Shown here one piece after another: positions 26,501-41,500 of a stretch of 63,762 nucleotides of DNA (positions within the stretch are counted from its first letter, which is position 1; every line of letters begins with the position of its first letter). The notes below the pieces were generated by a model. The model was not told the origin of the DNA. It searched no databases and saw only the letters and a program-made list of their open reading frames with translations. This DNA comes from Glycera tridactyla (taxonomy: Eukaryota), in assembly GCA_965644265.1 (NCBI GenBank), contig OZ286476.1, positions 20,336,001-20,399,762 on the forward strand. The letters run 5' to 3'. Position numbers and translations under genes: made by a program.

Positions 26501-29500
26501 CTCATTGAAATGTCATCTTCTCCACCTATTGACACCCCAGCTTGATTCCAGCATCTATTTGGCACTCAAAAACACTATTATCCGATCAAATTGAAGGAAA
26601 TTTATTATTTATCATTTCTATATGACAATCCCCACATGAAATTCTCTTGTCTGTCAAATACAATTTCCATTTGACCATTTTTTTGGTTCTTATCATCTTG
26701 TGTTCAGGGTTTGTTAGAGTGAATGCTGCTGGGGCGAAGCATCCAACTCTGATAGATCAAACACACAGCATACATATACATTGTACTTAAGAATGTAGGT
26801 TGAATGTAGAATCTGATACTCATTATGAAAAAAACCATCATCATTATGGGCATGAATGTATTGCTGGGATCATACCTCTCAGGTGTTTTTTTTTTGCCTT
26901 TTTTCAAGAACTATGTATCTTAGAAAGCGTGGTTGATTGAGTATTGTTCAACGTCCTCTCGACATCACACAGGTCATTTTGAACTTAGCATGGATCCAAT
27001 GTCTGTCATTAATGTCCACCTTGGATGGACAGAAACTACTTTTTACCGTCTTTTATCCCATCTCAAGTTTTAATGCCATAAATCCCGTATGAAAAGTACC
27101 CATGGGAAGAAAGGACTTCATTGGCAGCAGAAGTCATATGTTTATGATAAGAAATGTATACTTGAGCTTGTCTTGAGATACTTTCACCTGAATTAGGTGT
27201 TTTCTTGATGGATATGTTCAACCTTATTTGAATGGCAGTCTCATTGATCATCCAGCATTTATATTTCTACTTGAATGCTTAAAATATTTCTCATGCATAT
27301 CTCTTTATATCTTTTGAGATATCTTGCTTCAGTCTGCATCAAATTCTCTTGCTGTCGTACCAAGATACATCCAGCAAATTTCTATAGATTGGTTTAAAAA
27401 TACAGAAAAACCTCTTTTGTGAGACTGCCCTCTTTCGAGAGACTGCTCTTCATCGGTTCATTCTTATTTCACTTAGTGAATGACCATCTTCATTGAGAGA
27501 ACACTTGTGGGTGGCATTTCGGGCAGTCTCACAAAAGACGTTTTACTGTGCTATACCTGCTCAGTGGCCACAGAAATAGAAGCTTCTTGTAGCACAAAAC
27601 TTTCGTTTCCATGACAATATCAAATGAGCCATCAGGAGGATATGGTGCATGACTCCCCAGGGCTCTACATTAACTTTTCTCTTCAGCTGTCCTTCGTGCA
27701 GGTGGCGTAGGATTTTTACCTGCCCTCCCTGTCATATTCAACTGCCCTCCTGCATATAATCATAGCCCAAATAAGGATTGTGTACCTGCCCATCGGGCAG
27801 CCAGATTGATAAAATTACCTGCCCTAACAGCACATCTGCCTGCCTGTGCCAGTAGGGCAACCATTAGCGTAGAGCCCTGCTCCCTGTCATTGGACATAAA
27901 AATGAGATAAGGGCGACACTGCCAATAAGTATACACAAAAATAAACATAGTCAAGTCTGCCAACATTTTTTATACATGGTCTTCTGATCACTGAGGAGGG
28001 ATAAATGTCTGCTTGTAAGATGGGATAAAAGAAGGCGCAAAAACCTTGACGTTGACAGAAACCATAGAAAAAATACTCATAATCAAAATTCCCTTTGAAG
28101 CATGTTTTGTTTGTTCTCTTTGATGTATTGTGAGATGGTTGAAACCTCATCACTTTATCGACAAAATATTTGGGAAATGATTAATTCAAAGAGAAAATTT
28201 TGATTCATACTGACACATCTGCTCATATATTCACAATTTACTGGGAGGATAGAAATATTTGTGTTTTATCATTGCAATACCAGATTTTCTGTAAATGGAT
28301 TTATTTTCCCTATTGAGTGTAATTTGATTGTTGTTGGAATAAATTGCCAATTTATGAAATTCATCATTCACAGTGTAAATGGTCCATTCCATATTGACCA
28401 TCCTGACTGTCTCTATCGAGCCAATTTCCTTGGGCATTCCCGAGGCTGTTTTGCTGAAATTCCAATTTCTGCTGAACAATAAATTCAGGTCTGGATATGT
28501 TCCCCATCATCATAATTTGATCATGATTATGAGCACTCATGAAATTTATATTTCATGAAGACTGCATTTGTCTGTCTTGAGGAATTCCTATGAGGATTTC
28601 TCTTTCATGTGTGAGATCACATTGTGAGCATCTCTTGTGCAATTTATTCCCCAACAAAAATGATTACAATCTTTTAACACTAGGAGAACACTTACAAAAT
28701 TTTAATTTATCACTTTATGTGAGCATAACCCAAACTTCAGCTCGATATCAAAAATTGTTTTGTCGATCCATCATCGATGTTTCAGAAATGGTATTGCATT
28801 GGTTAAACTCAGATATTGTTTCAAGGTAAGATCACGGTATGCTGATGAATTGATCACAGTTGACTTTCCTGATGATTACTCATGCCATAGATTTGCATAA
28901 ACAAAATGCATTCATGAGGTAACCCTGTTGTTCAATTTGGTTGATCAGAAAGTAATATCATTTGGATGCAACATAATACTGAAGATCATCTGAAGGTCCA
29001 GTATACCTCATTTGATTGACATAGTCATAGGTTTTACTGGTAGATGGGAAATAGTTCTTGTTTGACACAGCTGTGGTGAAAAGTTGGAATTTCATGCATT
29101 TTGATCAGAGTTGAGATATCATGGTGCCAAAATGTCTGATGAAACCCCTGTGCAAATCTCATGACATTGATGTATTTCATCCCTCATGAAATATGAATGC
29201 TTTCTTGTTTGGTTTTTATCATTACCAGTATTTTCAACCAAAATTGAAGAAATTGACCAGGGAACTACTTTCTGAACCAACTGTCAAATTGACCAATGAG
29301 AGGCCTGCATTTGAGTTACTGCACACATGTTGACCCTATCTGACCTTCAAAGGGATCATACATTTCTTGTTGCCTGAATCTGCAACTCACATGATAAGAA
29401 TTGAATATCATTCTTGTTTGGCTTGTTGAAAATTGGATAATTCATCATATGACTTTGTTCCTGCTCTCAAATGCCATTCTCTCTCATTTCCATATCAGAA

Positions 29501-32500
29501 TCCAGCACACATGAAATGGAAATTACAGTAAAATTTTCATGAAATGAAGCCAAACTCTTGATTTACACAATGATTCCTGAAAACTCTCATGGAACCATTG
29601 TGCATTAATTATTATGAAAATATATTGTAATTTTTTTTAACGATTTTGCTCCAATTGATGCTGACTCTGTTTAGATGGGAAAGTTTGGTACGACAAGAGT
29701 TGAGCCGTCTATGAATTTGAATTTGATTGATAATTGCATTGTACTTCACCATGATTCCATCTCAATTTTCGTGGTGACTGACAATTCTAAAAAGTCAGAA
29801 TTTTCAATTGTTGAAATTCTGATGAAATAGGAAGATTGAAGTCAACATGTGAGTGGTTAACTCCCAATAATTTGATTCATAATTCAAAATTAATGTGGTT
29901 GTGTAGTTGTGAGGAATAGCTGTGATCAGTTTGTCATCTATAATACAAAATGGTGCAGGTGGATACTGCATACAAGCCAGAAGAAGAGGAACACTGGAAC
30001 ATTTGATTCAGGAATGGTGACTATCTATGTAGGTGATACTCATGTACAGTCTAACCTGTCCTAAGCAGCCACTGTACTAAGCAGCCACCTGTCCTGAGCA
30101 GCCACTTTTTGCCTCCCTGAAGGGTGGCTGCTTAGAACAGGTTTGACTGTACTTGGTTCACGAGACAATACAAGGACTGCTGACTACACTGATATCAATG
30201 AATGAGTGCTAAACAAGATCATCACTCAACAGCACAAAATACTTTACCCTTGGTGCTCTCACAGAAGCAAGAATTTGAATAAACAGTCTGAATATCTTTC
30301 TCTGAATCAATGCATGTTCATCAAGAATATTATTATTCATGAATCTATTGTGAAGTGGAAACTTTGATGACGGATGCTAGTCCTATTCTGGAACTTATAG
30401 GTAAACTAGTATCCCCAATACAACCACAACAATGAAAGTTTTGGATTATCAAGAATACCATCATGATGATGCATTATATCAACTGGAGGCAGGCAATCAA
30501 CAATAACTTCAAAATTTTAATTTCAGTCATCTTTTAAATTTCCGTCAAAATTTTAATTTCGGTCATTTTTTAGTATTTCTCGCTATTCATATCCAAAGAT
30601 AAGAATTGATATGCATCGTTGGGTATTATGAATTCTGTTGATTCGAAACTAGATCTTGAATTGTCTGATATATTTGATAATTCATCATGTGATTTCATCT
30701 CAAAATTGTATTTGCAAAATATTACAATTAGACTAATTCCTGCCTCCTTGGAGATATAATCCTTGCAGAAAAATCTGATAAGATTCTCATTAATCCATGA
30801 TGAGACTGCTTTTTGCTCTTCTCCTGCTCTACCCTGGGTGTAATCCAACTTTTTTCCCAGTTAATGAGGAAATTTCATTCAAGATTCTATGCAAATTGAG
30901 AATGCACTCTATTCATTCATCCAAATTATGACTTTTCGAAATTCATAACTCCGTAGCTTTTTGATTGGAAAGCTCTGAACTTTCATGGACATAAATGTGT
31001 ATGTAATCCTGTAATGAATCGAGAAATCATTACTTTAATTCATACAGGTGTGGGCTTCCAAAAAGAAAGTGTTGAGTAATTCTGAGAATTTCATCAGCAG
31101 GATAAGGGCCAAGGCCAGCAAAATTTGTTCGAATGACATAGTTCAGTTTATGGGACATGTCTGCATCAGGCTGCTTTGAATTCTAGATGGAAACATCTTT
31201 TGGAAGTCGATTGTATTTCTGCTTCATCATGCACTCAACCAAATGCAATGCTTTACAATAGATTGTTCATTGATGAACACCATATTTTCATTCATGAGAT
31301 ATATATATTCAGGCTGTTCCTCTGTTTGAAGAAAAGCACTTTAAGATTCATACATGTGCACAGATAGACACAGACAGAATGATTACAAATTTGACTATTT
31401 TCTACAAATTATTTCATGTCTGTAAACTTGAGATGCCAAACAAATACCAAATATCTCCTGTGAGAAAAACCATATGAATGCAGTTTCATATTACTGGACT
31501 CTAAGTTACCTTGGTGGCCTATACAGTGAGTCAAATTGATGGCATAACCAGCAAAGAGCTAAGGACAGATCACTTCTCTCAAAAGTTGACTTGAAAACAG
31601 TTTGACCATTATTTTGAATGAACAATATCACACATAGACTGAAGTTTACCACTCTATCATGACATATATCGAACATATATGACTGAATACAAGTGACAGT
31701 TCTTGGGTGAGGCTTTGCCTCAAATACAGACTTTCAGAAATGATACCTCAATGACAGATGCTGGTGACTTTGTGACATACAGGTAAGAAACAAATCCTGG
31801 TGTCCATATTGGACATTACAATAATCAAAATATCTCCAGGATATTTTGCCTTCAAATGATGATGACAAAGTTATTTATCTGGAAGATTTAGTTACCCAGA
31901 ACAGGTAAGTTGTACAGGTGACCAAGATGTGGAGTATTCAAGACTTGCAGTGTAGAAATAGGGAGTAGATCAAGTTTGAAGGTATACTCAGAGGTAAGTG
32001 TGAGGTATTTGAGGTCTGTGCAAACCACATGTGAAGATGGTAGATATTGTGGTGACCTTGTGGTGACCTTGTGCTGACATTACCTCCTCATCTCCGATAA
32101 AATATCATGTTCAGCTGAAGAAAACAAAATTTGCTTACTTTGGAATGATCGTTGAAACGATAGTTGACGATGTTTCTTCTCCGCCTAGGAATCTTGATCA
32201 TGTGATGTTACATGCGATCCCAGAAACTGCTCTTTTACTTGATTTTTTTCTCTCCGTGTTCAAACCACAAATTTATAATTTCACAATTTAAGTACTTTCC
32301 AGTGATTCCTTTCACTTTGAAGAATTCTTCCTCATAATTCAGTGCTGCATTTTATGAGGAATTTGAATAGTACATATTATCTAGGAAAGTAGTATCCAAG
32401 GAGAATTTTAGTATTTTCTCTATCCTAATCACTGCCTCAACAGCTTTGGGTCCATACAGTATGTGATCACAATGCAACTGCAGGATCAATATGTCACATC

Positions 32501-35500
32501 TGCAGAAAACACTATGAAATTTGAATGCATTCTTGGCAAACATGATATATTGCAATGGGAATGAGGAATGGTAATGCAGTTACAATATACACATTTGAGC
32601 TTCAGTATGAAGAAGAGCTTTCACACAGGAATCATCTCAGATGTAAACACAATTGAATTTAAAGTTGACAAGAATTCATTTAGTTTCAATGATAGTAGTA
32701 GGAGATGTTCAGATCTACTTTTGTCATATTTCCTAGCAATGGTTTTGGAATTCTCTTAATTCATTTCATTGAAGAAAGAGCTGGATATTTTCTGGCCTTA
32801 ATAAATGTAGTTTTTTGTTATCAATTGAATCACATTGAGATACAGGAATTGAGCATTTCAGGCACATTTAAGCTGTATCTATCTTTGTTTTAAAAACACG
32901 ACTCACATAGTATCTGAGCTGATTCTTGAGAAAGTATACCACCACCCGTAGATTGGAGGCTGTGATACCGCAACATTGTACATGAGTCCTTGTTGATATC
33001 CTGTCTTGTGTCAAGCAATGTAAATGATTAAGCTAATCCTCATCGCTGTCAACTCAGTGGCCCTATTTGACTGGTTGGTTTCGTTGAGTACGGCAGGGCT
33101 GTTGAGTGCTTTTTGTATTCGGGTGGCGCTAAACACTTTTTCGTTGCGTACAAATCTCAATGGTCATTGAACTTGCTAAACGAAACCTATCCAGGTGGGC
33201 TACAACCGTCGAGTCCATTTCTGAAACACACACTCAACGGAAACTGACCAGTCAAATAGGCCCAGTGCCATGCTTTACAAGAGATCTTCATCACATTCCA
33301 ATTATATTGCAGAAAATACAAGTACATTTATATGATATAAATTCATGCCCTTTCCTCCATCAACGATAACTTTTCTCGGTGAGAAAACATTGGGACTGAA
33401 ATTTATAGTTTATTCCATCTTCACCCATTCACTTCTCACAATAGGTAGAATAGTATATTTCACTGAAATCTGGTTAATATTTTGATTTTTTCGTGTCAAA
33501 ATTGCTTGACCTGACTGGCTCAGCATGGACTTATGATCCTTCCATAGTACAGTGGACCCTGTGAAGAGAGATCACCCTGAGTCACACAGTGAAACCTGTC
33601 TCAAAATAGAGAAGCTGACCAGAGAATGCAGTCTCTCATTGAAGGTCATACTATTATTAGAGGTCAGTACCTCTCACATTTGAGGTCAGGCTCTTACTGA
33701 AGGTCAGTTTCTCATTGAAGGTCAGACTCTCATCAGAGATCAGTCCCTCCCATTTAAAGATTGCAAATTCATTTTGAGATCCGTCTCTTATCTGGGAGCC
33801 CATCCTTCATGGAAAGCCACTCCCTCATTAGAGATCAATCTTTCAAAGGGATGTGTCTCTCATTAGAAATTTTTCTTCAATTTGAAGTAAGTCTCTCAAC
33901 AGGGAATCTCTCATGACAGGTTTCACTGTAGTATAAATTCATCGATACCTCCGAGATATCAAGATGAGTGAGAAGTAGGGACCCTTATCTTTGGGATATA
34001 CAAGGGATACTTTGGGGTATTACATCTGAGACATGCAGTCAAAAAGGTATCCCTTGTTTATCACATGACTTGATGCTTCATTTCCCCAGAGATGCCGCTC
34101 TAAGGAACAAGGTACTGAGTTCAGATGCACTCAAATTCAGTGTAGATACTTTTTTTAGCCTGTCAAATTCATCTGGTTGGTGATTCCCATCATCTTGTGT
34201 TTAGGATCCTGCAGGACACCCTGCTTTCATGGATCACATGGCATATATAATCCTTTCATAAATGTCATTTAACTCTGACTGATCAATCAATCAATGCTTT
34301 GCGATTATCTTGCCAATTATCATTAGATGAATTTTCTAAACTCTACAGTTGAAGTATGGAATGCTGCCATCGAATATCGTAACTCGTGGTGCAGTTTATT
34401 CCAGATCTATCCTACGTCAGAGTGAATGTTTAAACAGAAGATGATGATATGACCTCAAACCTAATATGTGGCTGCCAGGTTAAAACTTGACAGACTTCAT
34501 TCTCATATCCATGGTTACCTATGGTTTCTATGATGTCTGGAACAAGAATGAGAAGCTGTATTATTTCTGAATTTGAGTGCACTTGAACAAAATGTGCCTG
34601 TGATGGTAGGTTTGGTGTTCACCCATTAGAATTCCCCTCAACCAGTCACCCAGAAATTCCCTTATCTAGGAAGCCAATATCTGTCCCTGTCCTACATTGT
34701 GTATCTGAAATATCTCAGTCAACCAACGAACAAAATCAATCAATAAATACAATCCCATTTTGAGAATTTAAATCCTAGCTGTTGATTTCTATCGGCTGTA
34801 TCCCTTCAATTTGGCAAAGATTTAGTCAACTTTTACCTTGGTTTTCTCTCTCTCATGCTCGAAATTGATGGCCGCTTTCAGATATTTTCCAAGTACAGAA
34901 TATTGAACTGGTCCAGTGATCATCTGGAAAAATCTAAATCTCACATCATCTTTATCAATAAATATTATCAAAATGTATGCAGTATATTCATGCTGTCTAG
35001 GTCATTTTGGCCGCATTTTTGAATTAGTTTTTGATCCTAGTTCAAATTCATTTTTATCTGCCAAGTGATACTATCCAACCGATTTCATTTTTCCATTCTG
35101 TTCAGATCAGTTCACCAATATATTTGACCTAAAAACTCCAACAAGTATAAAATTATTGAGCATGAGAGAGGTAGAAGAATGCTGGAAAGTTCTCATCGTA
35201 AATCCCATGAAATTATGGGGGAATAACTTATAATATCATTCTCAAAATGGGTTGATGTATACTCTGGAACTTTTAAGTTTGTGACACCTTGTGGTATGAA
35301 TAGTGGTAGGAAATATATGCAGTGGAATCTGTGACATGTAAGCATATGATGAGTAATCACATGCTTTTCTAGGACACCTCTTCATCAACCTCTTCATCAA
35401 CCCTTCGCAAATATGCATGTGATGAGCAATCATCTGTCATGAGGGATCAAATTTCGGGGAAATTTTTGGTGCTTGCTTTTCGCCACTTCCACTGTATTTG

Positions 35501-38500
35501 CAGTCATCCATGAAGACATTCCAGTGAATTGGAGGTTTTTTATGGTACAGTGAAACCTGCAATGAGAGCCGCCCTGATGCAAGACCACCTCCAACAGGAG
35601 ACTGCTTCTGCAGGGCAGCTTTGATATTTACGTAATCAAATATACCTACAACCAAAGACCTGAAGAAATTCATCAGGCCAGTGGATTCTATAAAGCTGCA
35701 AAAAGTTCTCATAAAATGGCCAAAAATGTCACTTACTATGTTGACAGTGTTGATGATTGTCTGCCATCTTATTCATGACTGACATTTTTGATCATGTTAC
35801 AAGAACTCTTGGCATCTTTATAGAAAGACACCACTCTTTGCTGACATTCAGGGCAGTCTTTTGTCGCAGGTTTCACTCTACAAAATGAAAAAAATGCAGC
35901 TGCTGTTGAGTTGTCATTTCAGGTAAATGCACGCTTGCGCACAGTTAACTAACACAACCATGCAGTCCCTGTTTGTGTTTCTTTACCAGACCTGCCAGGT
36001 CCTCCCGAGGCACCTGCAATCACCGAGATCTTCAAAGAGACCTGCGTGGTCACTTGGCAACCACCGACGGAAGATGGTGGAACCCCGATCCTTGGATACC
36101 ACGTTGAACGTCGCTTGACCTCGTCATCTCGTTGGGTGAAGGTCACAAAGGACCTCATCACTGAGCTGACCTTGAAGGTCACCGATTTGATTGAGGACAA
36201 TGAGTACGAATTCCGTATCTTCGCTGTCAACAAAGTTGGAGATGGTCCCCCAAGTGCTCCATCACCACCATTTGTTGCTAAAGATCCATGGAGTAAGTAT
36301 AATTTTTGTGTTTCTCCCTGCCTGTAATCATTATTCTATATCCATAACTTTTTTGCACTTCAAATTGGATGAATCATTTCAGTAAAATGTTTCATATTAT
36401 AATATATTAAGATAAACTTCACTCATTCCACTTTGACAAATTTCATGGCATTTTTGGTGTGCCTTGAATTTACTGACCCATGGGTATGTTGGAAACCAAT
36501 CAGAACAAATTTTGTAGGATTCATTTTCACCCCTTTACAACATTAGTAAAATTGTCAAATTCTCCACTATTTTTTGTGATTGTTCATGGACAGTTCCAGG
36601 AATACCACTTATTCTTTCATTCTTGCCTTATTCTAGTGCTTTTAATAAAGGTATTTGTGTAGAACTGAGACTATAACCGTATCACTCTCTTGTGGAGGAG
36701 GTATCTGATCAACTATATCCAAAGGCACATCTGTGATGCCACTCCATGGTTTCCTTAAAAAGTCTCTGAACTGCATTGAGGGATATGATCTATGATCCTC
36801 GAAACTGTCGAAATGGCCATGTGTGAAGGCCAATGAAGACCGGAAAACTGTAATATGATCGCCCAATTTATTGATTTTTTTCTTGAATATTTGCACTCTT
36901 CATTATTGAATGATGAAAGATATTCACATCAAATTGAGAGAATTGAGACTAGATGTTGAAGAGCACATCAAGGCAAAGCAAAAGAGCACATGATTATTCA
37001 GGATGTAGTTTTTCAAGGTCATGATCTTGGGAATCTCCTGCATACCCACCAGATGGCCTACCATTCCCAGGGAAACCTTGAATGTGTGCATTATGCTTTC
37101 CCCAGCTTGCAGCCTGTAAGGTGCTGCCACCTGGCATCATGAGCAACAAACTAGTTCTTACTTTACTTACTCATTATAAACANNNNNNNNNNNNNNNNNN
37201 NNNNNNNNNNNNNNNNNNNNNNNNNNNNNNNNNNNNNNNNNNNNNNNNNNNNNNNNNNNNNNNNNNNNNNNNNNNNNNNNNNNNNNNNNNNNNNNNNNNN
37301 NNNNNNNNNNNNNNNNNNNNNNNNNNNNNNNNNNNNNNNNNNNNNNNNNNNNNNNNNTGCCCGGAAAATCAAAATCTGACCAATGAAAGAGTTTATATTT
37401 CATCATACTTCATTCATGCTTATGTGTCTTCAAGTGCATATGTCATCATCTTCTTCTCCACAGACAAACCCGGTAAACCAGATCCACCAGCAATTGCCAA
37501 GACCACCAACGGAACAATCACAATCAAATACAAGCCACCAGAGGATGATGGTGGTTCAGAGATCTTCAACTACGTCATCGAGTACCGTGCAGAGGGTGCA
37601 TTCAAGTGGATTCAAGCTAACAAGGAGAACGTCGCAGACTTGACCTTCACAACAAAGGGTCTGAGTCCCGATACGCTGTATGAGTTCCGTATTGCGGCTG
37701 AGAACAGGGCCGGAGTCGGTCCACCCTCGGATCCATCCAAACCAATCCCTGCAAAGGAAATTATCGGTAAGTGAACAATTTTTTTTGCAATTCTAGGGTC
37801 TCAGACTTCTGGTTGTCTAGTTACTAATACAGTCGAATCTGCATATGAAACCATCTCTGTATGAAGGCTGCCTGCCCACAAAAACCACCCAAAGAGAAGA
37901 CTGCATTAGTATCATTTCTATACAGTGGTCTCTTGGCTACCCTGAGCAGTGCCCATGATACTATTTTCTACAGTTGAAGGGTGTGTTTGTGAGCAGGTTT
38001 TACTCTATATAGTGAGATCACCTGTCTATGTCTGCCTTATTGTGCTATGATGGATGGTATTGGTAGACAGGTTTCACTTTATAGATCATGCTGTTGAATT
38101 TGTCAGATGCATAGTTTCGTCTCCCAGTAATAGTGGTGTACATTTTGTCAGAATTGCGAATTTTCAGTCGCACATTCAGTTCCAGAAGGAACTAGTCGAC
38201 ATTCCCCTCTCCTTTTGCTCTCAACTTGACCTCTACAGACTATGAGTGAAGCTCTCTGGTTCTCCACCATCTTCTGGGTTGATATAAGTCATTACAATTC
38301 CAGGGTATGAGCTCAGCCCTTGACTCTTTTGTACTGTATATGCTAGCCACAGAAAAAATCAAAATCAAATTTTGGTCAGGAAGAAAAAAAGAGAATTTCA
38401 CTTCCAGAATCCTGCACTTACAGAATGCAGCTTGTCTAGGGAAAGGTCATGTTTGAATGCCATCTTTCACGATGTATGACTCTTGGTGATCTTCACATAA

Positions 38501-41500
38501 GAAGTTGACCCAGCCCTAACTGAAATAGAACCATCTGGTGGAGCCATCTAGTGGTGTGAAGATACACTAATCTCTAATTCAAGTCATGATGCGCTCACCC
38601 AGCTATTGGCGCCATCTATCTGCTGGAGTTCCTGCATAAAACTTCAAGGGCTGACTTCTTCAGAAACTCTAAATATAGTTGAACCTGCTATAATGGGCAC
38701 CTGTATTAAGCAACCACCTGCCTTAAGCAACCACTTTTGAAAATCCCTCCGAGTATTTCTCACTATAATTAACCTGTATTAGACTGTTTGACTGTACACA
38801 AATTGATTGGCCTTTGATGGCCGCTATTCATGAATCTCCTAATTTCATGGAAGGCATTTATTATGCATCTGTGTGTATCATTTATTTCCACTGAAGAGTA
38901 TTTGTAATGTGTTCATCTCCACGAAAAAATGCAGGCTTTTGTAAAATCCTGATCAAATTCAAGACCCTAAACACAAACAATGTGTGATAGGAATTTGACA
39001 AAGGTCAATTTATTGTGGGATGAATGCATTTCTTGTTTTGTTTTGTGTATTACCAATGGTGGAACATCTCTGTTTCCAGATGGCAGTCCACCCAAGGTCA
39101 CAGAGAACCTGCAGGATGTCCTGACGGTTGCCCCCGCCAACACGAAACTCGAATGTGAGATTGACGGTGGCAAGCCATTGGCCAGTTTGACATGGTACCG
39201 TGACGGACGTGAGGTCCATGCGGGCGATCGCTTTGAGATGTCCTACACGGAGGATTCAGCTGAACTCACCATCAAGGGCACCGTGCCAACGGATGCTGGT
39301 GTCTACAAGTGTGAGGCTGTCAACAAACTTGGACGTTGTGATACCACTTGTAATCTCACCGTGCACAGTNNNNNNNNNNNNNNNNNNNNNNNNNNNNNNN
39401 NNNNNNNNNNNNNNNNNNNNNNNNNNNNNNNNNNNNNNNNNNNNNNNNNNNNNNNNNNNNNNNNNNNNNNNNNNNNNNNNNNNNNNNNNNNNNNNNNNNN
39501 NNNNNNNNNNNNNNNNNNNNNNNNNNNNNNNNNNNNNNNNNNNNNNNNNNNNNNNNNNNNNNNNNNNNAAGGAACCCAAAAATTGGGCATAGGCATTTGA
39601 CACATTTTATGGACCTTTTGCTAATGATTCATGTCACTGACATGAAAGTAATCTTAATAGTGAGCATCATTATGTGTATTTGTGTTTGAGAGGTCTGCAC
39701 ATGGTTGAGATGATGAACATCATATTGGTATCACAATTACAATATAAGAACCGCCTATCCTCTGCAATGTATGAAAGTGTCTCCATCACACACCAGGGGA
39801 ATCACTGATTTAGGAAAGGGTTGGTTGAAATCATTCACATCTGGTAGATTATCTCAAGCCGACATTTAATGAGAGCCTATCATGTTTATATTGTGGATAT
39901 TTTGGAAATGGTCGTAGAGTCCTAGTTCCATGATGAAGTATGAGTAGACATTCACTTTTGATAGCTGAAATAAGTACACTTCAGGTGAAAATGATAGAGA
40001 TACTATAGTAAGACGACATTGGTGTGTGAGATCCGCTTGTTATTCCCAACTCGGTTGTGTCCGCGGCTGGAGGCACACTCGGCCAGCATGTGAGAATACT
40101 CAGTAAACCAGTATGTCCACTTCTCAAATCAGAATACACCAAATACAGTTGTCACATTGTGAATTTATTGGTGGACAGTTGTCTGGATAGCTTAGAGCAT
40201 GTGACTGTTCATTCCAACACAGACACATGAGTTTGGTGCAATACTGAAGATTGAAGATCCAGGTTGAAATCCACAAAAATGAATTGAATGATGATTCCTG
40301 ATGGTGTCATTTGGACATTACGAGTGTGTACAGTGAAACCTGTGACAAGAGACCCCCTAATGAGAGACCATTTTCTACAGGTTTTTTCAGGGCAGCTTTT
40401 CTATAAGACATAGTCAAATATACCTCCTACCTCTTTTGGGAGACCACTTTTTGCCCACATTTAGTGTGGTCTCTCGACACAGGTTTCAATGTATTGTGAA
40501 ATAGGGTTTCATTCAAGACCAATTGTCTTTTTTTTCAGGCAAACCAGTCATCACATACGATGATGCTCTGAAGGAAGGCATCTCCCTAAAGGCTGGCGCC
40601 TCCCTGCTCATCATGGTGAATGTCACCGGCGAGCCAACACCCCGCATCACCTGGTACCATGGTGAGGAACAGATCTATGATGGAGCTGAGGGCACAACCA
40701 TTGAAACTGGTGCTGACTTCTCACGATTGACCATCAAACCCGCCCGTGGTCAACACACTGGTGTTTACAAGGTCGTGGCTGAGAACAAACACGGCAGCGA
40801 TGAGGCAATCTTCAATGCTACAGTCATTGGTAAGTATTATATTTATGTCATTCATAAACCAAAGGCAGCAATGGCTGCTGAAACAGTAAGAGATTCATGC
40901 TCTACCTACTTTTCAGCTTCATTTAGAATATTTTACCTGAGGCTGCAAATGGGACCTCATGATCCATGGTATACTCTTGGGCCTGGATTCAGAATTCTCC
41001 CTGCCTGAGGTTTGATGATATGTAAAAATGCCTCCCACATCATGAAACTCCCTTATTTTGCCATCTTTCATATGTTAACAATAGTACATGTCTACTTTTT
41101 TTATCAAAAAGTGATGACTTTGGGGTGGAAAGATTCGGACATTTTTTTATGAATACATAATTGGCTGATGCTTTCACAATGCATTGCAGGATCAACAGAT
41201 AGTTGACAATTTTGAGGCAGCTGAATTTAGCACAGATGCGCCCTATATGTGCTTAGTGATGTAGTGGGGTAGGTTACAAACCAACCAAAAACAGATTGAT
41301 TCTGAGCATGTAGTGTGATACTTAAGTGGGCGATCATTGAGAATAGTTTAGATATATAATCGTATTCAATCAATTTGTTTCCAGACCGCCCGTCCCCGCC
41401 TCTGAATCCACACCATACCGAGGTCTACAAGGATTACATCACCATTGCCTGGGAGACGCCCAAGTCTGATGGTGGCTCACCAATCACCGGATACATCGTG

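Larger units (their letters stand above)
13686..39568. other. Six assembly gaps: 13686-13897, 19705-19840, 20654-20866, 21508-21751, 37183-37357, 39370-39568
   Basis: Runs of N, all intronic; the exon chain is complete without them. Confidence 0.98.

Noticed and set aside
31750-31912. Strong donor-like sites (CAG|GTAAGA, CAG|GTAAGT) as hidden micro-exons
   Set aside because: The open frames I could read end in phase 2 and do not fit the phase-1 host junction; no transcript evidence.
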